This document shows, piece after piece, positions 35,848-45,473 of a stretch of 64,000 nt of DNA. Position numbers and translations under genes: made by a program. The number at the start of each line of letters is the position of its first letter. Position 1 is the stretch's first letter. This DNA comes from Gammaproteobacteria bacterium (GTDB lineage Bacteria; Pseudomonadota; Gammaproteobacteria; Ga0077536): positions 142,677 to 206,676 of the forward strand of contig CBDCJB010000017.1 of assembly GCA_965217605.1 (NCBI GenBank), read 5' to 3'. The notes under the pieces were generated by a model that was not told the origin of the DNA, made no database searches, and worked only from the letters and a program-made list of their open reading frames with translations.

Positions 35848-36714
35848 TTAACGAGTCAGAAAGTCGAGGTGCGCGCGGTTGAAGGCGCCGGGTTCTTCCC
35901 ATTGCGGCCAATGCGCACAGTCTTCGAGCACGACTAGCTCGCTATTGGGGATCAGTCGTGCGCCTTCTTCGGCGAGCGCTACGAGTTGCCCGGGGTTATG
36001 GCGAGTCCACAAGACCAAGGTCGGGCAGGCGAGCTTGCGCAGCAGATCCGGGTGGTACCACTTTTCTTGTTCTTTCGGGTCGAGCAACGCGCCGATGCTC
36101 GCTTCGGCTATCTTGCGGATCACTTCGGAACGCCCTGGTTGTTGGTAGATCTGATAGCGCGTTTCGACGATCTCATCGGTGATATCCGCCTCGCGGTGCA
36201 TGAGCCAGCGGATCCGATTCCGCAGCGCCTCGCGATCCGGTGTGCCGGTGGCCGCGCGGGTGCGTTCGAGGAGATCGTGCAATTCCTTCGCACCGTCCTC
36301 GTCCGGCGGCAGCATGATGCCCGTGTTCATCACGATCTTGTTCACCCGCTCCGAGTGGGCGAGCGCGAACCACGACGCCACCGTCGCCCCCAGCGATTCC
36401 CCGGAAATGCAGGCGCGTTCGGCGCCGATCGCATCGAGGAAATCCAACATGAAGTCTACATAACACTGCATGTCGTAGCTGATGTCGGGTGCGTCGGTAT
36501 AGCCATGCCCGACCATGTCGATCGCGTACACATGGAAATGTTTAGCGTGCGCCTCGATATTCTTGAAATAGGCTTCCGCATGCCCGCCCGTGCCATGCAA
36601 GAAGATCAACACCGGACCTTGGCCGGCTTCGATGGCGCGGGTCCGAACCCCGTTAGCGTCGTAGTACGTCTGTTTGAAATCGACGCCTTGGAGATAATTC
36701 CAGATGGTCTTCAT
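35848..36714 (-). CDS. alpha/beta-hydrolase, meta-cleavage-product (2-hydroxy-6-oxo-dienoate) hydrolase-like (BphD/MhpC/HsaD family)
   Basis: 288 aa. GESLG nucleophile elbow. HGTGGHAEAYFKN N-terminal segment typical of C-C hydrolases. Adjacent to an extradiol dioxygenase. Confidence 0.7.
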   Translation of the reverse strand: MKTIWNYLQGVDFKQTYYDANGVRTRAIEAGQGPVLIFLHGTGGHAEAYFKNIEAHAKHFHVYAIDMVGHGYTDAPDISYDMQCYVDFMLDFLDAIGAERACISGESLGATVASWFALAHSERVNKIVMNTGIMLPPDEDGAKELHDLLERTRAATGTPDREALRNRIRWLMHREADITDEIVETRYQIYQQPGRSEVIRKIAEASIGALLDPKEQEKWYHPDLLRKLACPTLVLWTRHNPGQLVALAEEGARLIPNSELVVLEDCAHWPQWEEPGAFNRAHLDFLTR

Positions 36715-36717
36715 GCG

Positions 36718-37620
36718 CTAAATCTTCACCTCATACCCTTTCGGTGGCGGCAGCAGGTCGTGGCCCCAGATCTTCGGTGAGTTGTAAAGCTTGGGCTCCC
36801 AGGCCTCCTCGTCATCGATCGTGCGGCCGCCGTAGCCATATTCGATCCACCAGCCCGACGGGCTGTAGACATAAAACGACGTCGTCCGATCGTTGGTATG
36901 GCGACCCATGCTCAGGGCCAGCGGAAAGCCGCGTTCCTTCACGATGTCGTAAGCGCGGCCGACGTCGTCGAGCGACGTCGATTCGAACATGAAATGCCCG
37001 AGTTCGCCGCCCTGCATGTCGCGCATACGGTTCGTGAAAGCCACGCTGTGGTGGCGCGGATTACAGTGCAGAAAGGTGGCCTCGATACCTTCCCAGAATA
37101 CGTGATCGGTCAGGCGGAAGCCGAGGTGATCCCGATACCACTGCACCGTCGCTTCGCGATCGGCCGTCGAGAGCACGACGTGCCCCATCCCAAACTTACC
37201 GGTGTTATATCCGTCGATACCGCGTTGGGGCGTGAACGGTAGGAAGTCTTGTATGGCGCCGAAAAAGACCTCGAGCCGAACGCCGTCAGGTCCGTCAAAC
37301 GTGATCAGATCCATGACCGCGCGATCGGCGCGCAGCGCATCGTCACCACGCGTGGTCGCTACCCCGTCGCGCTCTAATGAGCTAGCGAGGTCATCCAGAT
37401 CTTGTTGTGTTTCAACTTCCCAACCCAAATAGCGCAACACGTCGCTATCGGATTCGTACAGAGACAATCGGTGATGGTGCGCATCCATGCGATATTGATG
37501 TATGCCGCTTGGGCTATCACCGCGTTGTTCGAGGGCAAACACCTCACCCAGCAGCCGCTGCCAGGCGTCCAGATCGGACACGTCGCATCCCACATATCCG
37601 AGTGCTTTCACTTGGGACAT
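36718..37620 (-). CDS. type I extradiol ring-cleavage dioxygenase (VOC superfamily; BphC/HsaC-like)
   Basis: 300 aa, two-domain VOC pattern. LGYVGCDVSDLDAWQRL start. MGHVVL...H..AF...E metal ligand context. Confidence 0.75.
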   Translation of the reverse strand: MSQVKALGYVGCDVSDLDAWQRLLGEVFALEQRGDSPSGIHQYRMDAHHHRLSLYESDSDVLRYLGWEVETQQDLDDLASSLERDGVATTRGDDALRADRAVMDLITFDGPDGVRLEVFFGAIQDFLPFTPQRGIDGYNTGKFGMGHVVLSTADREATVQWYRDHLGFRLTDHVFWEGIEATFLHCNPRHHSVAFTNRMRDMQGGELGHFMFESTSLDDVGRAYDIVKERGFPLALSMGRHTNDRTTSFYVYSPSGWWIEYGYGGRTIDDEEAWEPKLYNSPKIWGHDLLPPPKGYEVKI

Positions 37621-37639
37621 CGCTCTCTCCTCATAAACA

Positions 37640-39064
37640 TCAAAGCCCGACTTCGTCGCGGGTACGGGTGCAGGAATCGATCAGAACATGGATCAACTGG
37701 CGTATCGGATCGATGAGATCGGAGATCACGGCGCAGCCCATGCCGCCGAGTCCGTCGCGAAATTCTTCCGGCATTGCTTTGTCGCCGATGAAGGGATAGC
37801 CCACGCGCACCAGCGGGAGGCCGAGCCGGCAAATGGTCGCGGCGTCGGTCTGACCACTCATCAGGGCCGCGCCCGGATAAGGTCGATCGTGAACCGCCTC
37901 CCACGCGCGCAGCGCGCTCTGCACGATCCAGTTGTCGGGGCTCGTGCGCGAACCGGGGCAGCTGGCATACATCTCCCACGCGGCTTCGACGTCATCGTGG
38001 CGCGCGACGATGTTCCGCATGACCCTGTCGAACTCGCCCTCGATCCCCTCCATGCTTTGATCGGGGTTGGTGCGCACATCGAGATAAATCTCACAGGCCG
38101 CGGACGGAAAGGCGGGCTTTTCGGGCCAGCCCGACCGCACGGCGGCTATCCAGCCTTCGGGTTTGACCTGGGCGCTCATGTGTTTGTCGGGATAGTCCGC
38201 GAGCCATTGTTCGAGCTCGAGTATCACGCGGGCGCCCGGCACGATGGAGCTGCGAAATTCCGGGATCCCGCGCGGGATCCCCGCATAGCCCATCGAACCC
38301 CAGGTCGTGACCTTGAACCACACCATGCCGGGATGCTCGTAGTAGACCTCGTCCCAGGGTTTGAAGATGACGCCGAAGTCCGCGCTGACCTCGTGCGAGA
38401 ACATGTATGTGACGCCACTGCTGATCCCGGTGCGCGCCCGGTCTTCGGCGATCCATGGCATACCGCCGCCGCACGAGGCGACCACCACGTCGCCGGCGAG
38501 CGGTACGTCCGCATCGAGCACGCAGCGCGCCGCTTCGGTCAATGCAGCGATCATTGATTTAGGATTCGAGGCTCCGAGGCCCAGGACCATGTCATCGCGC
38601 AGCTGCGCTTTGGGCAGCATGTCCGCGCGTAACGCCGGGCCCGCCCATGGGAGATCGATGTTTGGATCTGCATCGAGGTGGGTATCGATCGGGGCATAGA
38701 GCATCACGGTAGGTCCGCTGCCATCGCCTGACAGGCGTCCGATGCAATTACCGCTGGTCGCGCTCACCGCCTGGTAGTGCGCTTCGAAACCCGCATCGTT
38801 CATGTAGTCGGCTAGAAACCGGCTGGCTTGCTGCTCCGCGCCCGTCGGGCTGTGGATGTCGGTGAGATCGAAAACGAGTTGCGTAAGGCGCTCCGCGTCG
38901 ATGCGATCACAGGCGGCGTCGTACCAGACCTGCTGGTCTTTCGAGAACGGCAGTGGCGTCGTGCTCTGGTCCAACGGAACACCGATACGGCGGTTAGCGC
39001 TTGAACATCCCTTTGGTGTGATCGAGCGTCTGGATACCTCGACACGTATCACCCGCGAATACAC
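37640..39064 (-). CDS. M20-family metallo-amidohydrolase/peptidase (ArgE/DapE-like); true start probably downstream of the track start
   Basis: Canonical M20 N-terminal block LTQLVFDLTDIHSPTGAEQQASRFLADYMNDAGF begins ~60 aa into the track ORF. The track start overlaps the upstream Rieske gene by 70 nt. Confidence 0.6.
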   Translation of the reverse strand: MYSRVIRVEVSRRSITPKGCSSANRRIGVPLDQSTTPLPFSKDQQVWYDAACDRIDAERLTQLVFDLTDIHSPTGAEQQASRFLADYMNDAGFEAHYQAVSATSGNCIGRLSGDGSGPTVMLYAPIDTHLDADPNIDLPWAGPALRADMLPKAQLRDDMVLGLGASNPKSMIAALTEAARCVLDADVPLAGDVVVASCGGGMPWIAEDRARTGISSGVTYMFSHEVSADFGVIFKPWDEVYYEHPGMVWFKVTTWGSMGYAGIPRGIPEFRSSIVPGARVILELEQWLADYPDKHMSAQVKPEGWIAAVRSGWPEKPAFPSAACEIYLDVRTNPDQSMEGIEGEFDRVMRNIVARHDDVEAAWEMYASCPGSRTSPDNWIVQSALRAWEAVHDRPYPGAALMSGQTDAATICRLGLPLVRVGYPFIGDKAMPEEFRDGLGGMGCAVISDLIDPIRQLIHVLIDSCTRTRDEVGL

Positions 39065-40280
39065 GCCACATCAGTAACTCGATATCGGCCCGGGCCAGTT
39101 GTTCCTGGTGCCAGCCGTCTTCTTCGTTGTAGAACTTGGCAATGCCCTCACGCGCTTCCGCGTCCTGGCAGGTGAAATCCTCGACGACGGGAACCTGCCA
39201 GCGTATCCGTCCTTGCTCGCCGTCGATCCATTCCTCGCGTTCTTCTTCGGTTGCGCACACCTTCCATCCGCACTGAACGTAGTAATGCGACGTGGCATCG
39301 CGGGGTACGTAGTATTCATTGTGGATCACGCCGGGGAACGGCCAGGGGTCCACTTTCAAACCGCAGGGCATCCACAAGCCGACGTGGCATTCCTGATCTG
39401 CGCTCATCAGTGCTTCGACCTCCGCTTCGGTCTGCCCTTTGAGGATCGGCAGCACGATTTCTTTTGCAGGCCCGCCGTTACGCCCGGGGATCTTCGACGT
39501 CATCGAAATGTTGGTTTCCCCGGCGATACGGGTAAACCCGCGCGGTCCGGCTTCGTTTTTCTGGTAGAGCGCGGTCTTGAGTAATGAATCCGTTTCGGAA
39601 ACCCAGCCGAATGACATCGGCAGGCGTGCATTGATCGAATATTTCGACCAGTTGTGGATGTAATGGTGGCCGGGATCGTAGCCACCCTCACACCCCAGGC
39701 GCCAACTCGCGTTCACGACGTAAGGGTTTGCAACGGCGACGGCATATTGGTCATCGAGAAATCCCGGCGGCACGTCGAATTCCAGCGGTGGCGGTTCGAT
39801 GTCACCGACGAACGTAAAAACCATGCCCTTCTCTTCGCGCACCGGGTAGCTTTTGATCCCCGTCGAGCCGCTCAAGGTCGACTCCGAGTCGTTCAAGACG
39901 CAGCGAATCTTGCCGTCGTCCAGATTGAACGTGAAGGTATGATGCCAGCACGTGATCGTGTCGTCCGTGTAGTGGATCGGCCGTACCGAGAAACGCGCGC
40001 CGCGATGGCAACAGCGATCTTCGATCGCATACAGCCGGCCCTTACGGCGTAGATATAAAATGTCTTCGCCGAGCAGTTTGATCAGTTTGTATTCACCTTC
40101 GCGGATATTGCGGCTGGCCTCGACGGGATACCAGTGATTGCGAAATCCGAGTTCGGCGTCCAACCAAGTCTGCCACGGCTTTCGCGCGCTGGGCGCGTCG
40201 CTGCCTTCGACCTCTACGTCCGGAACATAAGCGGCGGTGCGTCGGATCAAGTCGGCTGCGATGACATTGACCTCACTCAT
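38994..40280 (-). CDS. Rieske non-heme iron oxygenase alpha subunit (KshA/phthalate-dioxygenase-like, no beta partner)
   Basis: 428 aa. Rieske motif CCHRG...(18 aa)...CWHHTF. C-terminal catalytic domain. Confidence 0.8.
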   Translation of the reverse strand: MSEVNVIAADLIRRTAAYVPDVEVEGSDAPSARKPWQTWLDAELGFRNHWYPVEASRNIREGEYKLIKLLGEDILYLRRKGRLYAIEDRCCHRGARFSVRPIHYTDDTITCWHHTFTFNLDDGKIRCVLNDSESTLSGSTGIKSYPVREEKGMVFTFVGDIEPPPLEFDVPPGFLDDQYAVAVANPYVVNASWRLGCEGGYDPGHHYIHNWSKYSINARLPMSFGWVSETDSLLKTALYQKNEAGPRGFTRIAGETNISMTSKIPGRNGGPAKEIVLPILKGQTEAEVEALMSADQECHVGLWMPCGLKVDPWPFPGVIHNEYYVPRDATSHYYVQCGWKVCATEEEREEWIDGEQGRIRWQVPVVEDFTCQDAEAREGIAKFYNEEDGWHQEQLARADIELLMWRVFAGDTCRGIQTLDHTKGMFKR

Positions 40281-40351
40281 GCTGACGGTCCTCGTTCGTT
40301 AGACATTCGGCTCCTCGGTGCACTCTACCTCCGATGTAGAATGCCGCAATC

Positions 40352-40672
40352 ATGACTCTGATCGAAGTCTGCAAAGTCGCTGAAGTGGCGTCCGGCACCG
40401 TCAGGCAGATCAAGCTCGACGGTCGCGATCCGATCGGCATATACAACCTCGATGACGAATTTTATGCCATCGACGACATCTGTACCCACGCCCGGGCAAC
40501 GCTTTCCATGGGCGATATCGAAGACGGGACTGTCGTATGCCCATTTCATGCGGGCAGTTTCGATATCCGTACCGGTGCCGGGGCTTCGTGGCCGTGTACC
40601 GTACCGCTCAGGACCTATGAAGTGACCGTCAAGGGCGACGCGGTATGGGTCGATGTAGGCGTAAAAGCCTAG
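40352..40672 (+). CDS. Rieske-type [2Fe-2S] ferredoxin
   Basis: 106 aa. CTH...(17 aa)...CPFH motifs. Confidence 0.8.
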   Translation: MTLIEVCKVAEVASGTVRQIKLDGRDPIGIYNLDDEFYAIDDICTHARATLSMGDIEDGTVVCPFHAGSFDIRTGAGASWPCTVPLRTYEVTVKGDAVWVDVGVKA

Positions 40673-40692
40673 ACCCGGCTGAACCCGACGCC

Positions 40693-42609
40693 ATGGAGCG
40701 AAAACTAACCGCGATCCTGAGCGCCGATGTGGCGGGATACAGCCGGCTCGTCGAGGACGACGACGAGGCGACGATCCGCACGCTCACGGAGTATCGCGCT
40801 GTCATACAGCGTGCGATTGAAGCACATCGTGGACGCGTCATCGATGCACCGGGCGATAACCTCCTGGCCGAGTTCGCGAGTGTGGTCGATGCGGTGCGCT
40901 GCGCGGTCGAGGTACAGCACATGCTCCACGAGCGTAACGTCTCGGAGCGTGCTGAGCGGCGCATGCAATTTCGCATGGGGATCAACGTTGGCGACGTGGT
41001 GGTCGAGGATGACCATCTGTACGGTGAAGGGGTGAATATTGCGGCGCGCCTCGAAGCGCTCGCTGATGCAGGCGGGATCTGTTTGTCGGGCAACGCGTAT
41101 GAGCAAATTCAAAATAGGATCGGTGTCGAGTTCGAATTCATCGGCGAACAGACGGTCAAGAACATCAGCAAGCCCGTCGCCGTGTGGCGGGCGCTGTTGA
41201 ACGACGGTGATGTCCCCGACGGAGCGGCCGATGGGAACGGACGACAGACGCACGATGAGCCGACCGGTTCGCGCCTAAATCCGGTCGCTATAACGGTCGC
41301 GCTCTGTGTATTGATTGGAATCGCGGGGTTAATGCTTTCGCGTCAAACCCCGCCAACCCTACTCAACGAAAAGTCACCCATCATCCCGAGCCCGGCAGAA
41401 CAAGTGACCGAAGCGCGCCCGGCGATCGTCGTGCTGCCTTTCGCCAACCACAGCGACGACCCCGAGCAGGCGTACTTCAGCGACGGGATCACCGAAGACC
41501 TCACGACGGACCTGTCCAAGCCCAACAGTATCTTCGTCGTGTCGAGCAATGCCGCGTTCAGATACAAGGGCCAGGCGGTGCATCCTGCTGCATTGCGCGA
41601 AGAATTCGGCGTTCGTTACATGCTCGAGGGCAGCGTGCGCAAGGCCGGCGAACAGGTTCGCATCAGCGCACGGTTGATCGATATCGTTGAAAACCAACAT
41701 CTCTGGGGTGAACGTTACGATCGCCCCCTGACGGATATTTTTGCGCTTCAGGATGAAATCGGAGGCAAGATTCTGACGGCGCTGCGCGTCAATCTCACCG
41801 CTGAAGAACAGTTTCGCTTCAGGACAGCGCCGACCGACAACCTCGAGGCCTACGATTTCTATCTCCGCGCGCAGGAATTGACTCACCGCGCGCGGCGCGA
41901 GCTCAAGCCCGAATTGATGGACGACGCGGCGGCATTGTACGAGAAGGCGATTGCACTCGATCCGGATTACGCGGTGGCGCATGGCGCCATGGGGTTCGTG
42001 CATTGGTTGCGATGGGTCTATGACTGGGGCGATGACATCGAAACGTCGCTTAAGACCGCACTTGCGCTTTTCGAAAAAGCTGAAGCGATCGACGATTCCA
42101 ATCCGCATATGAAGTACTTTCTAATCATGTCGCAACTGCACAACCAGCAATTCGCAGTAGCATTGGCGGCGGCAAGCGACTATGTGAAGGCATCCCCGCA
42201 GGATCCTCGAGCGCACCGGGTGCTTGCATTTGCCTTGATTCTCGTCGGCCAATTTGAAAATGCCCTTGCCGAGCTAAGCCGCTCGGAGCAACTGACCCCT
42301 GGCCGTTATCCGGCGTACGCCTATTGGATCAACGGTGCGGCCTTGACGCTTTTGGGAAAAAATCGCGAAGCCCTCTCGGTGCTCGAGCAGGCTGTATTGC
42401 GTTCACCGAATTACCTGACCAATCAAATCATGCTGGCGATCGTTCACGTCAGGTTGGGGAATCACGACAAGACACGCATACAGACGAAAGAGATCCTGCG
42501 CATCTCGCCCGATTACACCGCCGAAAATTTCGAGAAACGCTTGCCATTCGAAGACAAGGCGATAACCGACGGTTTTATCGCGGCATTGCGCGAAGCGGGT
42601 CTGCCGTGA
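40693..42609 (+). CDS. class III adenylate/guanylate cyclase catalytic domain protein with TM segment and C-terminal TPR-like region
   Basis: Start at MERKLTAILSADVAGYSRL (classic CHD start). FRMGINVGDVVV...GEGVNIAARLE catalytic block. Hydrophobic segment ~aa 200. Helical repeat C-terminus. Confidence 0.75.
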   Translation: MERKLTAILSADVAGYSRLVEDDDEATIRTLTEYRAVIQRAIEAHRGRVIDAPGDNLLAEFASVVDAVRCAVEVQHMLHERNVSERAERRMQFRMGINVGDVVVEDDHLYGEGVNIAARLEALADAGGICLSGNAYEQIQNRIGVEFEFIGEQTVKNISKPVAVWRALLNDGDVPDGAADGNGRQTHDEPTGSRLNPVAITVALCVLIGIAGLMLSRQTPPTLLNEKSPIIPSPAEQVTEARPAIVVLPFANHSDDPEQAYFSDGITEDLTTDLSKPNSIFVVSSNAAFRYKGQAVHPAALREEFGVRYMLEGSVRKAGEQVRISARLIDIVENQHLWGERYDRPLTDIFALQDEIGGKILTALRVNLTAEEQFRFRTAPTDNLEAYDFYLRAQELTHRARRELKPELMDDAAALYEKAIALDPDYAVAHGAMGFVHWLRWVYDWGDDIETSLKTALALFEKAEAIDDSNPHMKYFLIMSQLHNQQFAVALAAASDYVKASPQDPRAHRVLAFALILVGQFENALAELSRSEQLTPGRYPAYAYWINGAALTLLGKNREALSVLEQAVLRSPNYLTNQIMLAIVHVRLGNHDKTRIQTKEILRISPDYTAENFEKRLPFEDKAITDGFIAALREAGLP

Positions 42610-42638
42610 GAATACGAAACCTGTATCCGGCTACCGCT

Positions 42639-43400
42639 TTACGCGTCGCCCCCGCCATCCAGCACCAATCCCGTACCGTTGACGTAAGCGGCATCATCGG
42701 AGGCCAGCCATAGAACTGCCCGGGCAACGTCTGCCTGCGAGCACATACGCCCGATCGGAAATTGCTCGGCGAAGCTCCGCTTGACGGCCTCGTCACCCCC
42801 GGCCATGCGGTCCAGCATTGGCGCATCCACCGCGGCGGGACACACCGCGTTGATTCGAATGCCCCGACCTGCGTATTCGAGCGCCGCCGCTTTGGTCAAA
42901 CCCATGATCCCGTGCGCGGCCGCGCAGTAGGACGCGTAGTTTGGAAAACCGATCCGGCCCCAATTGCCCGCCATGTTCACGATCGCGCCGCCACCTTGAT
43001 TCAACATCGCCCGGATCTGTGCTCGTACGCCGCGCCACGCGCCGGTGAGCTTCACGTCGATCATTCGCTGCCATTCGGCCTCAGAGGTCTCGGCCGTCGC
43101 GGTCGCCGAGCCTTCCCAGCCGGCGTTGTTGAACGCGCAGTCCAGCCGGCCGAAGCGGTCAACGGTAGCGGTGACGATGGCTTCAACCTGATCGAGTGAG
43201 CAGACGTCAGTCTGAATGAAATGGCCGTCCCGTCCCGCAGCGTTGAGCTCTTCGACGACCCGCGCGCCGTTCTCCGCATTACGCCCCCCGATCATGACGT
43301 TCGCACCTTCGACCGCGAACTGCACCGCGGTGGTACGGCCAATGCCGCTGGTGCCGCCGATCACGAGTGCGACTTTGTCTTTAAATCGAGGCGCGGCCAT
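42639..43400 (-). CDS. short-chain dehydrogenase/reductase (SDR)
   Basis: 253 aa. TGGTSGIG cofactor motif. YxxxK context (YCAAKHG). Confidence 0.85.
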   Translation of the reverse strand: MAAPRFKDKVALVIGGTSGIGRTTAVQFAVEGANVMIGGRNAENGARVVEELNAAGRDGHFIQTDVCSLDQVEAIVTATVDRFGRLDCAFNNAGWEGSATATAETSEAEWQRMIDVKLTGAWRGVRAQIRAMLNQGGGAIVNMAGNWGRIGFPNYASYCAAAHGIMGLTKAAALEYAGRGIRINAVCPAAVDAPMLDRMAGGDEAVKRSFAEQFPIGRMCSQADVARAVLWLASDDAAYVNGTGLVLDGGGDA

Positions 43401-43523
43401 GCGCGAGATCAGTGCGGCCTAGTACTCACCAGCTCGTGTCCGGACTCGACTTTTCGTCTTTCGAGGACTGTTGCCATCGCGATGATCCTCCACCCTGCGC
43501 ATCGGCTTTGATTATAGGTCAAC

Positions 43524-44894
43524 TCATCCACCGGCCGGCGCGGGCACGTCATAGCTATCCAGCAACCCGTCGACATAGGTGTGAAATCCCTCCCAATCCG
43601 CCTCCCGGAAACTGTGGTTACGGATGATGAACGATGCGCCGGCATAGAACTTTTCGTATTGCTGATGGCGGCCCGCGAACTCGCTGCCGACCAGATCCCA
43701 CGCGAGTTTGAAGAGCTTGATCCGATCGACGGCGTTCATCTGTGGCGTTTGCCAGTACTGCTCGAACTGACGCTTGAGTTTCGCATCATGCACCACATCG
43801 ATCGACGCCGGCATCTGAAACACGCCGCCGCCGCATAGCTCACGCAGGCAGTCGATGATCGCCGAGTGGTTCTGGGTATACCAGTTGAGGCCGGCATACA
43901 TCATGGGACGGTTGAAAGTCATATACCCTTCCGGCCACGCTTCGGCGGCTTCGATCTGGCCCTGGATCAGGCCGTCCAGCGTCGAATAGAGCGCCGCGAG
44001 ATCACCGAGCGTCTCACCTACGGTGGGCACCTCGTTCGCGCCCGTCGAGGCCGCGACCTTGCTGGCGAGGCCGACGATCAAACGAAGCTTCGAGAGGAAC
44101 CGTACGTTTGCCTGGTGGTTGCCGTAACAATGGCCGGGTGTCTCGATATAGATCCCGCGCGCCTTGATCGCGTCATCGAGCACGAAGACCCGTTCCCACG
44201 GCACCTTGACCCGCTCGCACATCACCATCGCGTCCGTTTCGTCATAACGCCAGGCCAACGGGCCGTCGAACTCGCTGGCGGTGTGCGTGGACAGAGACTG
44301 GCGCGACCACAAGGTTACGCCCGGCGCATTGACCGGGATCGCACAGGTGACCGCCTGCTTGACCTGGTCGGCGGCGAGGGGCAGGAGGTTACCGATCCAG
44401 ATCTCATCGGCGAAGATACCGCCCGTGGCGAGCATCTTCATGCCGTCGATGACGATGCCGTCGTCATTCTCCTCGACCACCTGCAAGCTCAGTATCGGCA
44501 GGTTTTGCTTGACGTAGAATTCCGGATTGCGCGCCGCCTGCGGCGGCAGTACCGCATAGGCGGCATAGATATCTTCCGCGCGCATGTACCGGTAGTAGTC
44601 GACGATGTTGGAACCGAACTTGTAGTGGCCGGCGTCGAATACGTCGGGCTTGATCGCCATGCCCGTGACGAAAGACGCTACGTGGTCCTGACTGCGGCCT
44701 AAAAGGCCATAGGTGGCGTCCGCGATCTTCGCGTGTGCGCGAAAGCGGCGACGCAGATCGTCTTGCGTACGTGCCTGCAGAAAATACATGGAATACCGCG
44801 CATCCTCTTCTTCGAAGCTCATGAGGTCGCGATTCGCCGCGTCGGCTTTCATGTCGTAGATCATCGCGATGGTTTGCGCGGCATTGGCGAACAC
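43524..44894 (-). CDS. HpaB-family (4-hydroxyphenylacetate 3-monooxygenase oxygenase component-like) flavin-dependent monooxygenase
   Basis: 456 aa, GTG start. Conserved HpaB-family blocks along the length. An in-frame stop 13 codons upstream limits N-terminal extension. Confidence 0.7.
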   Translation of the reverse strand: MFANAAQTIAMIYDMKADAANRDLMSFEEEDARYSMYFLQARTQDDLRRRFRAHAKIADATYGLLGRSQDHVASFVTGMAIKPDVFDAGHYKFGSNIVDYYRYMRAEDIYAAYAVLPPQAARNPEFYVKQNLPILSLQVVEENDDGIVIDGMKMLATGGIFADEIWIGNLLPLAADQVKQAVTCAIPVNAPGVTLWSRQSLSTHTASEFDGPLAWRYDETDAMVMCERVKVPWERVFVLDDAIKARGIYIETPGHCYGNHQANVRFLSKLRLIVGLASKVAASTGANEVPTVGETLGDLAALYSTLDGLIQGQIEAAEAWPEGYMTFNRPMMYAGLNWYTQNHSAIIDCLRELCGGGVFQMPASIDVVHDAKLKRQFEQYWQTPQMNAVDRIKLFKLAWDLVGSEFAGRHQQYEKFYAGASFIIRNHSFREADWEGFHTYVDGLLDSYDVPAPAGG

Positions 44895-45041
44895 CGGATG
44901 GGTCGTGACGTCTTCGATCTTTTCGCCACCGAGCTATACGACCCGGCCGTCGCGGAGCTTTTCTAGATGTTCTCGTTCGGATTTCAGCATGGCGGGATCC
45001 TCCGCGGTGTCAGCGGCATGGGGATATTCTGAGGGTTTCGG

Positions 45042-45434
45042 ATGATCACCGCTATTCCCCGTTTACGGAAAGACCAAGAGACATGTAGCATTAATGAACC
45101 AATCACCGAATCAGGAGGCGCCGTCATGACCATGATGACGCGGTATAAGATCTCCAACGACGATCGAAAATGGATCGAAACCTTCAAGGACTGCCCCGTC
45201 GGGATACACCCACCGGAGTTGATCCGCCTGCTGAATCGCATGCGCGGGGAGCCGATCGCGGGTAAGTACTGCCTGGTCATCGACAAAGCGCACGAGGAAT
45301 GGGTGGTCGCGGAGATGCAGGGGCGGGGCAAGCCACCGAAACTTCTCGATATTCGCGTGAAGAGTCGTAAAGACGGGGAATGGGAGATCTTCAAATTGCG
45401 TTGGCAGCGTCATACCGGGGAATCGTTGCCGTAG
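45042..45434 (+). CDS. hypothetical protein
   Basis: 130 aa, no recognisable motif. Likely start at internal MTMMTRYK. Confidence 0.3.
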   Translation: MITAIPRLRKDQETCSINEPITESGGAVMTMMTRYKISNDDRKWIETFKDCPVGIHPPELIRLLNRMRGEPIAGKYCLVIDKAHEEWVVAEMQGRGKPPKLLDIRVKSRKDGEWEIFKLRWQRHTGESLP

Positions 45435-45473
45435 ATCGATCCGAGCCAATAAGAATCATCGGGGGCGGAATCA

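Noticed and set aside
35986-36780. 264-aa plus-strand ORF opposite the alpha/beta hydrolase
   Set aside because: Antisense artefact. The minus-strand gene has the GxSxG elbow.
37688-38557. 289-aa plus-strand ORF opposite the M20 gene
   Set aside because: Antisense artefact in a GC-rich region.
43866-44702. 278-aa plus-strand ORF opposite the HpaB-like gene
   Set aside because: Antisense artefact.
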